Shown here one piece after another: positions 18,967 to 29,800 of a DNA stretch of 64,000 bases (the first letter of the stretch is position 1; every line of letters starts with the position of its first letter). A program made the position numbers and the translations under genes. Source of the DNA: a bacterium (GTDB lineage Bacteria; Electryoneota; Electryoneia; Electryoneales; Electryoneaceae); contig CAXXKJ010000002.1 of assembly GCA_963675295.2 (NCBI GenBank), positions 4,128,001 through 4,192,000 of the forward strand, given 5' to 3'. The notes below the pieces were generated by a model, which saw nothing but the letters and a program-made list of their open reading frames with translations, did no database searches and was not told the origin of the DNA.

Positions 18967-19914
18967 ATGCCGTCCCGTTTCCTGCCTGTTTTGCTCGCAG
19001 TGTTGTTGCTCGTATCCACCCTGTTCGTCGCTGGCTGCGGCGGGTCCAAATCCAAATCCGACATGCCGGTGATCGGCGTCAGCCTGCTCACTCGCACGCA
19101 CACGTTCTACCAGGATCTCGAAGCCGGTTTGCGTGCCGCGGCAAACGAGCACGGATATGAGCTGCTGGTCAACGCCGGCGAGTTTGACGTGGCGAAACAG
19201 AAAGACCAGATCGAGGATTTCATCGTCCGTGGCGTCAGTGCGATCATTGTCAGCCCGTGTGACTCACGGTCGATCGGCACCTCGATCCAGGCGGCGAACG
19301 AAGCCGGCATCCCGGTGTTCACCGCCGACATTGCCTGCCTCGCCGATGGCGCGGATGTCGTCACTCATGTCGCCTCTGACAATGTCGAAGGCGGCAAGCT
19401 GGCGGCACAGACCCTCGCCGAAGCGATTGGCGGCGCGGGCAAAATCGCGATCATCGACCATCCGGAAGTGGAATCGGTGATCCAACGTGTCGCCGGATTC
19501 GAGGCTGAGATCGCGGATTGGTCGGACATTGAGATCGTCGCCAAGCTGACCGGGCGTGGCGTCAAGGATGTCGCCTTCCGCACCGCCGAGGACATCCTGC
19601 AGGCCCATCCGGACCTGGACGGCTTCTTCGGCATCAACGACGATAGCGCGTTGGGCGCGTTGGCTGCGGTCGAGAAGGCTGGCAAGCAGGGCCGGGTGAA
19701 GATTGTCGGCTTTGACGCGGTCCCCGAAGCCCGCGCGGCAATCGAGGCCGGGAAGATGGTCGGGGATGTGATCCAGCAGCCGGAAGAAATCGGCAAGACG
19801 ACCATTCAGGCGGTGGCTGATTACCTCGCTGGCAAGCAGGTGCCGGAGCAGATCCTGATTCCGTGCCAGATGTTCATGGCAAGCAACGAACCGGTCGCGG
19901 TGGAAACCCACTGA
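18967..19914 (+). CDS. Sugar ABC transporter substrate-binding lipoprotein (RbsB-like)
   Basis: Lipobox VAGC; ASDNVEGG, INDDSALGA, VGFDA, QQP. Confidence 0.9.
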   Translation: MPSRFLPVLLAVLLLVSTLFVAGCGGSKSKSDMPVIGVSLLTRTHTFYQDLEAGLRAAANEHGYELLVNAGEFDVAKQKDQIEDFIVRGVSAIIVSPCDSRSIGTSIQAANEAGIPVFTADIACLADGADVVTHVASDNVEGGKLAAQTLAEAIGGAGKIAIIDHPEVESVIQRVAGFEAEIADWSDIEIVAKLTGRGVKDVAFRTAEDILQAHPDLDGFFGINDDSALGALAAVEKAGKQGRVKIVGFDAVPEARAAIEAGKMVGDVIQQPEEIGKTTIQAVADYLAGKQVPEQILIPCQMFMASNEPVAVETH

Positions 19915-19916
19915 CC

Positions 19917-21419
19917 GTGACAGCTTCGACGGATCAGCCGCTGCTGGCGGTACGTGGCGCGAGAAAAGAATTTCCCGGTGTGCTCGCCCTCGCGGACGCG
20001 TCCTTCGACCTGCGTCCCGGTGAGGTTCATGCCCTCGTCGGCGAAAACGGCGCGGGCAAATCAACGTTGATCAAGCTGTTGACGGGAGTGCATCCGTCCG
20101 ACGGCGGCAGCATCGAGCTGTTCGGCGAACCCTCAACGGTCACCTCCCCCATTGAGGCGCAGCGCCTCGGACTCGCCACGATCTACCAGGAATTCACCCT
20201 CGTGCCGGGGATGACGGTGCGCGAAAACCTGTGGCTCGGACGCGAACGCACGGCCCGTGGATTCACCAGCGCGGCGTGGGAACGACGTGAAGCGGTGGCG
20301 TTGTTCGAGCGGCTTGGAGTGAAGATTGACTCGGACGCGATCGTGCGTTCGCTGCCGGTCTCGCATCAGCAGCTCGTCGAAATCGGCCGAGCGTTGCTCA
20401 GCGACGCACGCATCCTGATCATGGACGAACCCACCGCCTCGCTCAGCCCACACGAGGTGACGCAACTCTTCGCCATCCTCCGTGACCTGCGCGAACAGGG
20501 GCTGGGCATCCTGTTTATCAGCCATCGTCTCGAGGAAGTGTTCGCCCTCGCTGACCGGGTGACAGTGCTGCGGGACGGCGTCACTGTCGGCACGTGGGCA
20601 ACCTCCGAATTGACCCGTGAACAGTTGATCGAGCAGATGGTCGGGCGTCCATTGGACCAGGAATTCCCCAAGGTCGTGGCGGAGATTGGCAAACCAGCGC
20701 TCGAGGTGCGGCAGCTCTGCGGTGGACTCAGTGCGGCGGAAGTGGGAAACTCATTTACGGTGCGCGCGGGCGAAGTTGTCGGCCTGTTCGGGCTGGTGGG
20801 ATCGGGACGTACCGAGCTGGCGCGTTTGATCGCCGGCGCCGACCGGATTGCGTGTGGTGAGGTTCGTGTGGACGGCGAAGCAGTGCGAATCCGGTCTCCG
20901 CGGGACGCCATCCGTGCCGGGATCTGCCTGCTCAGCGAGGATCGCAAAGCCGAGGGGTTGGTGCTCAATCTGCCGTCGGTAGAGAATTTCGCTCTGCCGT
21001 CGTTACACAAGTGGTCGCGTAGCGGCTGGATGAATGAAAAGGCGGAACGGGCGGCCTTCCTTACGTACGTCGACGCGATCCACATCCGCATTTCCGATCC
21101 TGAGCAACCGGCGGGGCATCTGTCCGGCGGAAACCAGCAGAAGTTACTGATCGCGCGCTGGCTCGAGGTGGATTCACGAGTGATCCTGTTCGACGAGCCG
21201 ACTCGCGGGATCGACGTCGGTGCGAAGGCGGAGATCTACCAGCTGATCAACGAACTGGCCGCGCGTGGCAAGGCGATCCTGATGATCTCGTCTGAACTGC
21301 CGGAAGTTCTGGGCATGGCGGACCGCATCCTCGTGATGCACGAGGGCCGGATCTCCGGCCAGTTGATGAACAACGACGCAGTTTCGCAGGAAGATGTGAT
21401 GCAACTGGCGGTCGCCTGA
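19917..21419 (+). CDS. Sugar ABC transporter ATPase with two domains (RbsA-like)
   Basis: GENGAGKST, MDEPT, ISHRL, SEDRK, LSGGNQQK, DEPTRGIDVGAK. Confidence 0.93.
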   Translation: MTASTDQPLLAVRGARKEFPGVLALADASFDLRPGEVHALVGENGAGKSTLIKLLTGVHPSDGGSIELFGEPSTVTSPIEAQRLGLATIYQEFTLVPGMTVRENLWLGRERTARGFTSAAWERREAVALFERLGVKIDSDAIVRSLPVSHQQLVEIGRALLSDARILIMDEPTASLSPHEVTQLFAILRDLREQGLGILFISHRLEEVFALADRVTVLRDGVTVGTWATSELTREQLIEQMVGRPLDQEFPKVVAEIGKPALEVRQLCGGLSAAEVGNSFTVRAGEVVGLFGLVGSGRTELARLIAGADRIACGEVRVDGEAVRIRSPRDAIRAGICLLSEDRKAEGLVLNLPSVENFALPSLHKWSRSGWMNEKAERAAFLTYVDAIHIRISDPEQPAGHLSGGNQQKLLIARWLEVDSRVILFDEPTRGIDVGAKAEIYQLINELAARGKAILMISSELPEVLGMADRILVMHEGRISGQLMNNDAVSQEDVMQLAVA

Positions 21420-21433
21420 TTCCGGGGAGAACG

Positions 21434-22768
21434 ATGGTGCAGTCGAAAACAGCTCGTTTCCTCACAACCTACGGCATGGTGCTGGTGCTGCTGTTGCTGG
21501 TGGTGCTGTTCAGCGTGTTGACCGTCAGCGAACAGCATCCGGCGGGCGATGCGGCGGCCCGTGTGCTGCTGAAGGAACTGCCAAGCGCGCAACCGGTCGG
21601 GGCCGTGTTTGTCACGGGCCGGACAACGTCCGAGGACAGCGCGTTCGTCATGGCGACCATGGCTGGGCTGCGTGACCAGGGCTGGATCGATGCGGCAACC
21701 GTGTACGGCTCCCCCAGCGAGATCCGGGCCGCTATCGAACGTGGCATCGGCTTGGAAGCCCGCACCGTCACCGTGCTTACCACCCAGCCGATGCAGGCTA
21801 CAGTTCGCGCGATTGTCAATGATCTCGCGCCGGGGTCGACTGTGCTGGTGCCACCCTCCCGTCGCTACCCCACCTTCCTGCTCGCGGACAATTTGCGCAA
21901 CATCGCGAACCAGATATCGGTGATCGCGATTGTCGCGGTCGGGATGACGATGGTGATCATCACCGCTGGGATTGATCTGTCGGTGGGCAGCCTGATCGCG
22001 CTGGCGGCGGTGATCGGCGCGTGGCTGATCGGCTTGATGGGCGGAACCGGGGCCGGTCCGGGCGCGATGATCCTCGGATCGTTGGGCGCAATTGTGCTGA
22101 GCGGGCTGGTCGGCGCATTTTCCGGCGCGATGATCACCGGGTTCCGGATTCCGCCGTTCATTGCGACCTTGGCGATGATGCAGGTCGCGAGCGGGCTGGC
22201 GTACATCCTCTCTCAGGGTCGTCCGATTTACCAGCTTCCCGAAAGCTATGTCGGGCTCGGACGTGGCGCGGAACCGTTGTTCGGGATTCCGTGGGCGGTG
22301 CTGCTGATGTTGCTGCTGTATGGCATCGCGCATGTGGTGATGAGCCGCACGGTCTATGGCCGCGCGATCTACGCCGTCGGCGGCAACGAGGAAGCGGCCC
22401 GGCTGGCCGGGATCCGGGTGAAACGAGTGCTGCTCAGCGTGTATATCGTCTCCGGTGCGTTGGCCGGGCTCGGTGGCATCGTGATGGCCAGCCAGCTCAA
22501 GAGCGGCGCGCCGACCTATGGTTTGATGTACGAGCTGTATGTCATCGCGGCGGTGGTGGTCGGCGGAACCAGCCTCGCAGGTGGCGAGGGACGGATCTTC
22601 GGGACGTTGATCGGCGCGTTCATCATCGCGGTGATTCAGAACGGGATGAACCTGACGAATGTGGAGTCCTACACGCAGAAAGTGGTGCTCGGGCTGGTGA
22701 TTCTCGCCGCAGTTCTGCTGGACCGGCTCAAACATCAGGGCTGGCGGCTGCGGAAGAGAAAAGCATAG
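21434..22768 (+). CDS. Sugar ABC transporter permease (RbsC-like) with an extra N-terminal soluble insert
   Basis: GIDLSVGS, IPPFIATL, YAVGGNEEAARLAGI, IAAVVVGGTSLAGGEG. Confidence 0.92.
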   Translation: MVQSKTARFLTTYGMVLVLLLLVVLFSVLTVSEQHPAGDAAARVLLKELPSAQPVGAVFVTGRTTSEDSAFVMATMAGLRDQGWIDAATVYGSPSEIRAAIERGIGLEARTVTVLTTQPMQATVRAIVNDLAPGSTVLVPPSRRYPTFLLADNLRNIANQISVIAIVAVGMTMVIITAGIDLSVGSLIALAAVIGAWLIGLMGGTGAGPGAMILGSLGAIVLSGLVGAFSGAMITGFRIPPFIATLAMMQVASGLAYILSQGRPIYQLPESYVGLGRGAEPLFGIPWAVLLMLLLYGIAHVVMSRTVYGRAIYAVGGNEEAARLAGIRVKRVLLSVYIVSGALAGLGGIVMASQLKSGAPTYGLMYELYVIAAVVVGGTSLAGGEGRIFGTLIGAFIIAVIQNGMNLTNVESYTQKVVLGLVILAAVLLDRLKHQGWRLRKRKA

Positions 22769-22880
22769 TCAGCGGGCTGTGGGCGGTAGTCGGTTGTCTT
22801 TCGTCGGTTGTCTGTTGTCAGTTACGTCTTTTGCATCTGCTGCATCTTTGGCGTCAGTTGCATCAGTTGCGTCTTTGGCG
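22769..22880. repeat. Degenerate heptamer (GTCGGTT-like) array followed by a 9-mer (TGCATCTTT-like) array
   Basis: 9-mers TACGTCTTT TGCATCTGC TGCATCTTT GGCGTCAGT TGCATCAGT TGCGTCTTT at 22823-22876. Confidence 0.7.
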
Positions 22881-22907
22881 GTGTTTACAAATCCATCGAG
22901 GTGTGGG

Positions 22908-25900
22908 ATGAAGTCTGTACTCGTTTCGAAACGAATTGCATCGGGAATCGGAGTTCTTGCAGCCTTCGCCCTGACGCTGGTGTTTTTCGCCTCGCCGTCC
23001 CCGGCCCAGGTCCCCGCCGACAGCAGCGGCACGCTCTATGTCGTCGGCACCTCCCACCTCGACACCCAGTGGCGATGGACGATCCAGGAGACGATCAACG
23101 AGTACCTCCCCGCCACGATGCGCGAGAACTTCGCCCTGTTCGACCAGTTCCCTGACTACACCTTCAGTTTCGAGGGCTCGTTCCGTTACCGGCTGATGCA
23201 GGAATACTACCCCGCCGAATTCGAGCGCTTGAAGGAGTACATGAAGCAGGATCGCTGGCGTGTCTGTGGCAGCTGGGTCGATGCGGTGGATGTGAATATC
23301 CCGTCCCCGGAATCCCTGGTCCGGCACACGCTTTACGGCAATGGCTATTTCCGTGAGGAACTCGGCCAGTCCAGCGTCGACATCTACCTGCCCGATTGTT
23401 TCGGATTCGGGTATGCGCTCCCGTCAATTGCCAAACACAGCGGCCTGCGTGGTTTCTCGACACAGAAGCTGACCTGGGGCAGTTGGGTCGGGACACCGTT
23501 CGATATCGGCCGCTGGCGGGGTGTTGACGGCAGCGAGATCATCGCAGCGGTCAACCCGGACGCGTACGTCAGCAAATTGCGGGTTGATCTCTCGGCGGAC
23601 AGCGCGTGGCGTGCGAATGTCGAACGACAGCGTGACGTCTCCGGCCTCGCGGTCGGCTACAAATATTTCGGCGTCGGCGATACCGGCGGTGGCCCGGACT
23701 CGACCTCAGTGGCGATGCTCGAGCAGGCGATCAACAATCCCACCGGTCCATTGACGGTGGAAAGCGTCGCGGCTGATCACCTCTACCGCGTCATGACCGA
23801 CGAGCAGATGGCGCAGCTTCCGCTCTACGACGGCGAGTTATTGATGACCCGTCACGGCGCCGGCTGCTACACCTCGCAGTCGACGATGAAGCGCTGGAAT
23901 GTACAGAACGAGCAGCTCGCGCAGGCGGCGGAACGTGCGGCGGTATTGGCACACTTGCTCGGCGGGTACGAGTACCCGCGTGAAACCCTGCGCGAGGCGT
24001 GGGAACGCTTCCTCTGGCACCAGTTCCATGATGATCTCACCGGTACCTCGATCCCGGAAGCGTACCAGTTCTCGTGGAACGATGAGTTGCTGTCGTTGAA
24101 CCAGTTCAGCGAGGTGCTCAAGGACGCCGTCGGGTCGATCATCCCGGCGCTGGACACCGATGTCGAGGGCATGCCGGTCGTGGTCTACAACCCGGCCAAT
24201 GTGGGCGGAGTGTTCACTGCGGAAGCAAAGTTACGTTTCGACGGCCCCATGCCCGAACACCTGATCGCGGTTGCACCGAACGGTCAGTCCGGCCCGGTGC
24301 AGCGGCTGGCGCGTGACGGGAACACGATGCATGTTGCGTTCGACGCCAATGTGCCCTCGATCGGGTTCGCGGTTTATGATCTCCGCGCCACGGATACGCC
24401 GTTGGAATCAAAATTCGGGACGATCAAACCGTTCGCCAAGCCGCATGAGCTGGTCGGCGGCGACCTCCGGGTTTTGATCGATGACAATGGCGACATCACC
24501 AGCATCACGTATCTCGCGGGTACGGGTGGGAACGAGCTGCTGCGCTCGGTTCGCTATGCGATTTACGAGGATTCGCCCAACCGCTGGGCGGCGTGGGAAG
24601 TTGATTACGACGACCTGATGGCTGAACCGAAAGGGTACCTCGCGGGACCGGCAGAGATTACGGTCATCGAGGATGGTCCGGTGCGTCAGGCGGTGGAGAT
24701 TGTCCGCCACTACAATGAGTCCGATTTTCGGCAGATCGTGCGGCTCAGCGCCAACGGCCTCGAGGTGGAAAACGTCATTGACTGGCGTGAAACCGGCAGC
24801 CTGCTGAAGGTGGAGTTTTATCCGCGTGCGATGACGGAGGAAGTGGTGTACAACCTTGGCGTCGGCGAGATCAAGCGCGGTGTCAACACCGAGAAACGCT
24901 ACGAAGTCCCGGCGCAGAACTGGGCCTACATGGCACGCGAGGAATACGACAGCTTCTTCGGCCTCGGTGTAGTTTCCGACAGCCGCTTCGGTTGGGATCA
25001 TCCCGATGACAAAACCCTGCGTCTCACCCTGCTGCACACCCCGGAGGTAAACAGCAACTGGCGCTGGATCGAGGATCAGCGTTCCCAGGACATCGGCGTA
25101 CACCACACTGGATTCAAGCTGGTGCCGTACGCCTCCACTGATCTGATGGTCCGCGCCTCCGCGAACTACCTGCAGCCGTTGCGCACCTTTGCCGCCGATC
25201 GAACTCCCGGCGCGCTTGGCAAGGAGTTCTCGCTGCTCGATCCGAAGGGAGAAGTGAAGCGGTTCATGCCGGTGAAACAGCGCGGAGTAGTCACGTCCGT
25301 CAAGATGGCTGAGCACAGCGACGAAATCATCGTGCGCGTGCAGAACCAGTCAGACGGTGAGCAGCGAGACCTGCACCTGCAGTTCGCCACGCCGGTTGTC
25401 AGCGCGCGTGAGGTGAACGGCCAGGAGCAGGAAATTGGTCCGGCAACAGTGTCCAACGGCCAGCTGGTGTACGATATCGGCGCATACCAGCCGAAAGCTT
25501 TCGCGGTGGCGCTGGAACCCCTGTCCGCCAGCACATCGCCGCTGCTCTCGATTCCGCTGCCACTGCCGTACAACCATGATGGCATCAGCTTCGACAGCAA
25601 TCGCACTGACGGCGACCTCGACGGCCGCGGCTTCACTATCCCCGGCGAGTTGTGGCCGGAAGTGATCACGCGGGAAGGCATCCAGTTCCTCACCGGTCCG
25701 CCGGACGATGGCCAGATGAACCTCGTGCGTTGCGAGGGCCAGACGATTTTCATTCCCGGCCATCACGACGGCGCGCAGCTGGTGCTGCTGGCGGCGTCCA
25801 CCAATGGCCACCGTACAGCCGAATTCCGTGCGGACACAGAACGAATTCGCCCACGGATCAACGCTATCGACGGATTCGTCGGCCAGTGGAATAGTCGCCT

Positions 25901-26861
25901 GATCGACGGCCGCTTCGTCGAGGATCCGGACCAGATTCTGCCAGCGTGGATCGAACGCGAACCGGTCGCGTGGGTCGGGACTCACCGTCACACTCCGGAC
26001 GGAGAGAACGAAGCGTACACGTTCAACTATTTTTACAAGGTTGTGCTGCCGCTCGATGGCGAAACCGAGACGGTGAAGTTCCCTGACGATCCGAATGTGA
26101 TCATCGCCGCCGTCTCGCTGGTCGATAATCCTCGCTCGGTGGAACCAGGATTACCCTTGTATGACGCAGCTTCCGCCGTCTTCCCGACCGTAGAGAATAC
26201 GACCTTTGCGTTTGCGAAATCTGCGGATGTGGTGCTCAGTTGCCGCTGGGCTGACGCTGACATCTTCTACACACTGGACGGTTCCACCCCAACGCCGGAA
26301 TCCATCCCGTACTCCGATCCGTTCGTGCTCGATGAGACGACGACAGTCAAGGCGATCGCGGTGTTGGACGGGTACGATTCACCAGTAGTCACCGCTCAGT
26401 TTGAACGGTTGGTGCCCCGCTCGTCGATGCAGGTCGACAACCCGCGACCGGGTCTGGCCTGTGCGTTGTACCTCGGCGAATGGGACAACCTGCCTGATTT
26501 CTCGACGCTGCAACCGGAAATGACAGTCACCGCGACGGAAATCGCGCTCCTTCCAGACGCCCCTGATGAACGATTCGCACAAGTTTATACAGGCTTTCTG
26601 CACATTCCTGAAACCGGCATGTATACACTCGGTTTGACGTCCGACGACGGCAGCCGGATGTACCTGTACGACGACCTGCTGATCGAGAACGACGGGGTAC
26701 ACGGTTCAGTGGAAGTCACTGCTGCGGTGATGTTCGAAGCGGGGTACCATCCCATCCGGATCGAATTTTTCCAACGTCTGGGTGGGATTGCTCTGTCGGC
26801 AAGGATCGTCACACCTGAAGGTGCTTCCATGCCGATTGCGGATAATTGGCTGGCTCGTTAG
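22908..26861 (+). CDS. Secreted GH38 alpha-mannosidase with C-terminal Fn3-associated (chitobiase-like) and PA14 domains
   Basis: Signal peptide; SHLDTQWRW, YLPDCFG, GVGDTGGGP, QFHDDLTG; IFYTLDGSTPT; LTSDDGSRMY..ENDGVHG. Confidence 0.9.
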   Translation: MKSVLVSKRIASGIGVLAAFALTLVFFASPSPAQVPADSSGTLYVVGTSHLDTQWRWTIQETINEYLPATMRENFALFDQFPDYTFSFEGSFRYRLMQEYYPAEFERLKEYMKQDRWRVCGSWVDAVDVNIPSPESLVRHTLYGNGYFREELGQSSVDIYLPDCFGFGYALPSIAKHSGLRGFSTQKLTWGSWVGTPFDIGRWRGVDGSEIIAAVNPDAYVSKLRVDLSADSAWRANVERQRDVSGLAVGYKYFGVGDTGGGPDSTSVAMLEQAINNPTGPLTVESVAADHLYRVMTDEQMAQLPLYDGELLMTRHGAGCYTSQSTMKRWNVQNEQLAQAAERAAVLAHLLGGYEYPRETLREAWERFLWHQFHDDLTGTSIPEAYQFSWNDELLSLNQFSEVLKDAVGSIIPALDTDVEGMPVVVYNPANVGGVFTAEAKLRFDGPMPEHLIAVAPNGQSGPVQRLARDGNTMHVAFDANVPSIGFAVYDLRATDTPLESKFGTIKPFAKPHELVGGDLRVLIDDNGDITSITYLAGTGGNELLRSVRYAIYEDSPNRWAAWEVDYDDLMAEPKGYLAGPAEITVIEDGPVRQAVEIVRHYNESDFRQIVRLSANGLEVENVIDWRETGSLLKVEFYPRAMTEEVVYNLGVGEIKRGVNTEKRYEVPAQNWAYMAREEYDSFFGLGVVSDSRFGWDHPDDKTLRLTLLHTPEVNSNWRWIEDQRSQDIGVHHTGFKLVPYASTDLMVRASANYLQPLRTFAADRTPGALGKEFSLLDPKGEVKRFMPVKQRGVVTSVKMAEHSDEIIVRVQNQSDGEQRDLHLQFATPVVSAREVNGQEQEIGPATVSNGQLVYDIGAYQPKAFAVALEPLSASTSPLLSIPLPLPYNHDGISFDSNRTDGDLDGRGFTIPGELWPEVITREGIQFLTGPPDDGQMNLVRCEGQTIFIPGHHDGAQLVLLAASTNGHRTAEFRADTERIRPRINAIDGFVGQWNSRLIDGRFVEDPDQILPAWIEREPVAWVGTHRHTPDGENEAYTFNYFYKVVLPLDGETETVKFPDDPNVIIAAVSLVDNPRSVEPGLPLYDAASAVFPTVENTTFAFAKSADVVLSCRWADADIFYTLDGSTPTPESIPYSDPFVLDETTTVKAIAVLDGYDSPVVTAQFERLVPRSSMQVDNPRPGLACALYLGEWDNLPDFSTLQPEMTVTATEIALLPDAPDERFAQVYTGFLHIPETGMYTLGLTSDDGSRMYLYDDLLIENDGVHGSVEVTAAVMFEAGYHPIRIEFFQRLGGIALSARIVTPEGASMPIADNWLAR

Positions 26862-29800
26862 ACGCTGTCCAGTGCGTCGCGTACGTGCTTAAGCAGGGTT
26901 TCAATGGTGAATGGTTTCTGCAGAAACTTGAACTTGGTTTCGTCGATGCCCTGCTTACGCACCACATCACTGGGATAGCCGGACATGAACAAGGCTTTCA
27001 AGTTCGGATACCTCGATCGCACCTGGTTGTAGAAATGAATACCGTTTGTTTTCGGCATCACAACGTCTGTGAGCAACAGATCGATCTTATCATGGATGTT
27101 TTCCAGCATGAACGATGCTTCATCCGGGTTTTCCGCAGAATAAACATTGTACCCACGCTTGGTTAAGATTTTGACGGCCATCCGTTTCACACTAGGCTCA
27201 TCTTCTATCACAAATATAGTTTCCGTGCCATTGTAGGACAATTTCTTCTGGTTTTCTTCTTTTGCTATCCGTTCTGGATGAACTGTAATTGGCAACATGA
27301 TGATGAACTTTGTGCCACGATTGGGCTTACTCATCACCTGAATATCACCATGATGCTGTTTTACGATACCGTGGACTGTGGATAGCCCCAGTCCTGTCCC
27401 TCGACCCAACTCTTTTGTCGTAAAGAATGGGTCAAATATCTTAGTCAGAATGCGCTTTTCTATCCCAATCCCATTGTCTGATACAATGATCTTGGCATAC
27501 TTACCAGCTTTTAACCCTCTATTCTGAATCATATCAGAGATGAATGCTTCCTCAGTTGTAATCGTGATCTGCCCACCCTGTGGCATGGCATCCTGTGCGT
27601 TGATACAAAGATTCATCAATACCTGCTCCATCTGAACCTTATCGATAGAGAGTACAAGTTCGGCTTCGGACATAACAAAATTCATTTCGATATCTTCACG
27701 AATTGTACGACGTAAGATTGGCGTGAATTCCTTTATTAACTTGGTAAGATCAACCATTTTTAGCTGCAGCACCTGTTTCCTGCCAAATGCGAGTAGTTGC
27801 TTGACCAGATCCCGAGCTCGTTCAGCAGTGTCCAGGATCTCCTCTAGCTCAACATAATCCCGATCATCTTTCTGCATGGATTGAAGAATCATTTCTGTAT
27901 TTCCGAATATTGGGGTCAATAGATTATTGAAGTCATGAGCAATACCACCAGCGAGATGGCCGATTGATTCAATTTTTTGTGCTTGACGTAGCTGCTCTTC
28001 CAGCTTTTTCTGTTCGGTTACGTCTTCCACCATGCCGATACCACTGATGATTTCATCATTATCATTGCGGATAGCTTGAAGATGTACACGAATTGGTGTA
28101 GTTTTATTAGATGTTACAGAACGATAGATCCCTTCATAGTATCCATTGCCGTTTACCAATGATATGCGTATTTGTTCAAGCATATCCTGATCATTCAGTC
28201 TCTCATACATGTTCATACCGACTAATATATCTTTTGTCGAACCAATAATATCCACAAAACGATCATTGCAATCGATAATAACTCCTATTCGGTTATAATG
28301 AAAAATACCAATGGGCGAATTATTAAAAATACCCTTATATCTTTCTTCACTGTCTCGTAATGCCTCTTCTGCCATTTTACGATCGGTAATATCACGACCT
28401 ACACCAATAATCGAAACCACATTTTTATCAGCATCCAATATTGCCGTGTCCAGCCAGGCGAGCCAGCGCCAACCTCGCACGGTTTTTGCTCTCTGTTCCA
28501 TATATTCTCGGTAGGGAGGACTGAAAACGCGCGCAAAGGCCTCTTTCGTAGGTTCACGATCAGCCTCGTGGACAAAGGGGATAAATCGGGTACCAAGCAA
28601 TTCCTCCTCTGTTTTACCAAACAGATCGCAATAGGATGGGCTGGCAAATTCGAACTGGCCTTCAGGATCGACTCTGACAATCAGATCGGTCTGGTTTTCA
28701 ATCAGGATGCGGTATTTCTCTTCACTATGACGCAACGCGTCTTCCGCTTCCTTTCGGCTGGTAATGTCGCGTAGAGCGGAAATACGTACTTTACGTCCCT
28801 GGTATTCCATCGTTCTTGCTTGGATCTCGCAGGGGAAGGTCGAACCATCTTTCCGCAGTCCAATAGCTTCATACGGACCTTGGGCATTGTTCAACATGTT
28901 CTTAAGGATACGATCGCGATCCTGTTCAATAAACCACTCAGATCCTTTACGCCCGACTGCTTCATCCCGTGTATATCCAAACATTCGTTCAGCTGTCAGG
29001 TTTTGATCGATGCAGACAGCATTTTCCGAAATGACAATCGATTCGAACGAGGCGTCCGATAACGCACGGATACGTTTTTCACTTTCAACCAGTTTCTTTT
29101 GGGCTTCTTTTCGTTCTGTGATATCAACCAGAGCGCCAACAATATCGACCGTCTTTTCTTCGCTCACAACTGGTGTTTCATAGACTTCCACCCAAACGAT
29201 ACGACCCTTTTTACCAATTAATTCCAGTTCATATGGAGGTTGCTGTTCACCGGTTTCAATCGCCCTCATTGTAGATTTAAAACCTTCTTCATTAATTGGA
29301 TTATCAGTCGCAAATTCTGTCCAGAGAATCATCGCTTCTTCTGGATCGCAGTCAAAGAAGTTTCGTGTCTGATGAGTAATGAATGTAAGCTGATGGTTTG
29401 TATCATGAGCATAAAACAGGTTAGAACTGTGATCTACAATGTGTCGCAATTGTTTTTCACGTTCCTGAAGATCACGAAGGGCATTAACACGTTCTGTAAC
29501 ATCCTTGATCACACCAACAATGCTATTAGGATTTCCATCAGCATCTCGGATCAAAGAGACAGATATTTCCGCATCAAATAAAGTACCATCTTTTCGGATA
29601 ACTTTATAATAAAAATTCCGCAATACATTTTTTCTCAGAAGTTTTCTTCGATAAACCCGCAGATATTTTAGATCTTCTCTTCTAAAATGATGGAATGAGA
29701 ATACTCCTCGTACTTCTTCAATAGAATCATAGCGGAACAATTTCAATGTCATGTAATTGCAGTCTATTACACGTGCATTTGCATCCATCAGTACAATAGC

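Noticed and set aside
22779-22907. N-terminal extension of GH38 (ASAASLASVASVAS) and the opposite-strand DATDATDAKD ORF
   Set aside because: Both are translations of intergenic 7-mer and 9-mer repeats; the signal peptide fits a start at 22908.
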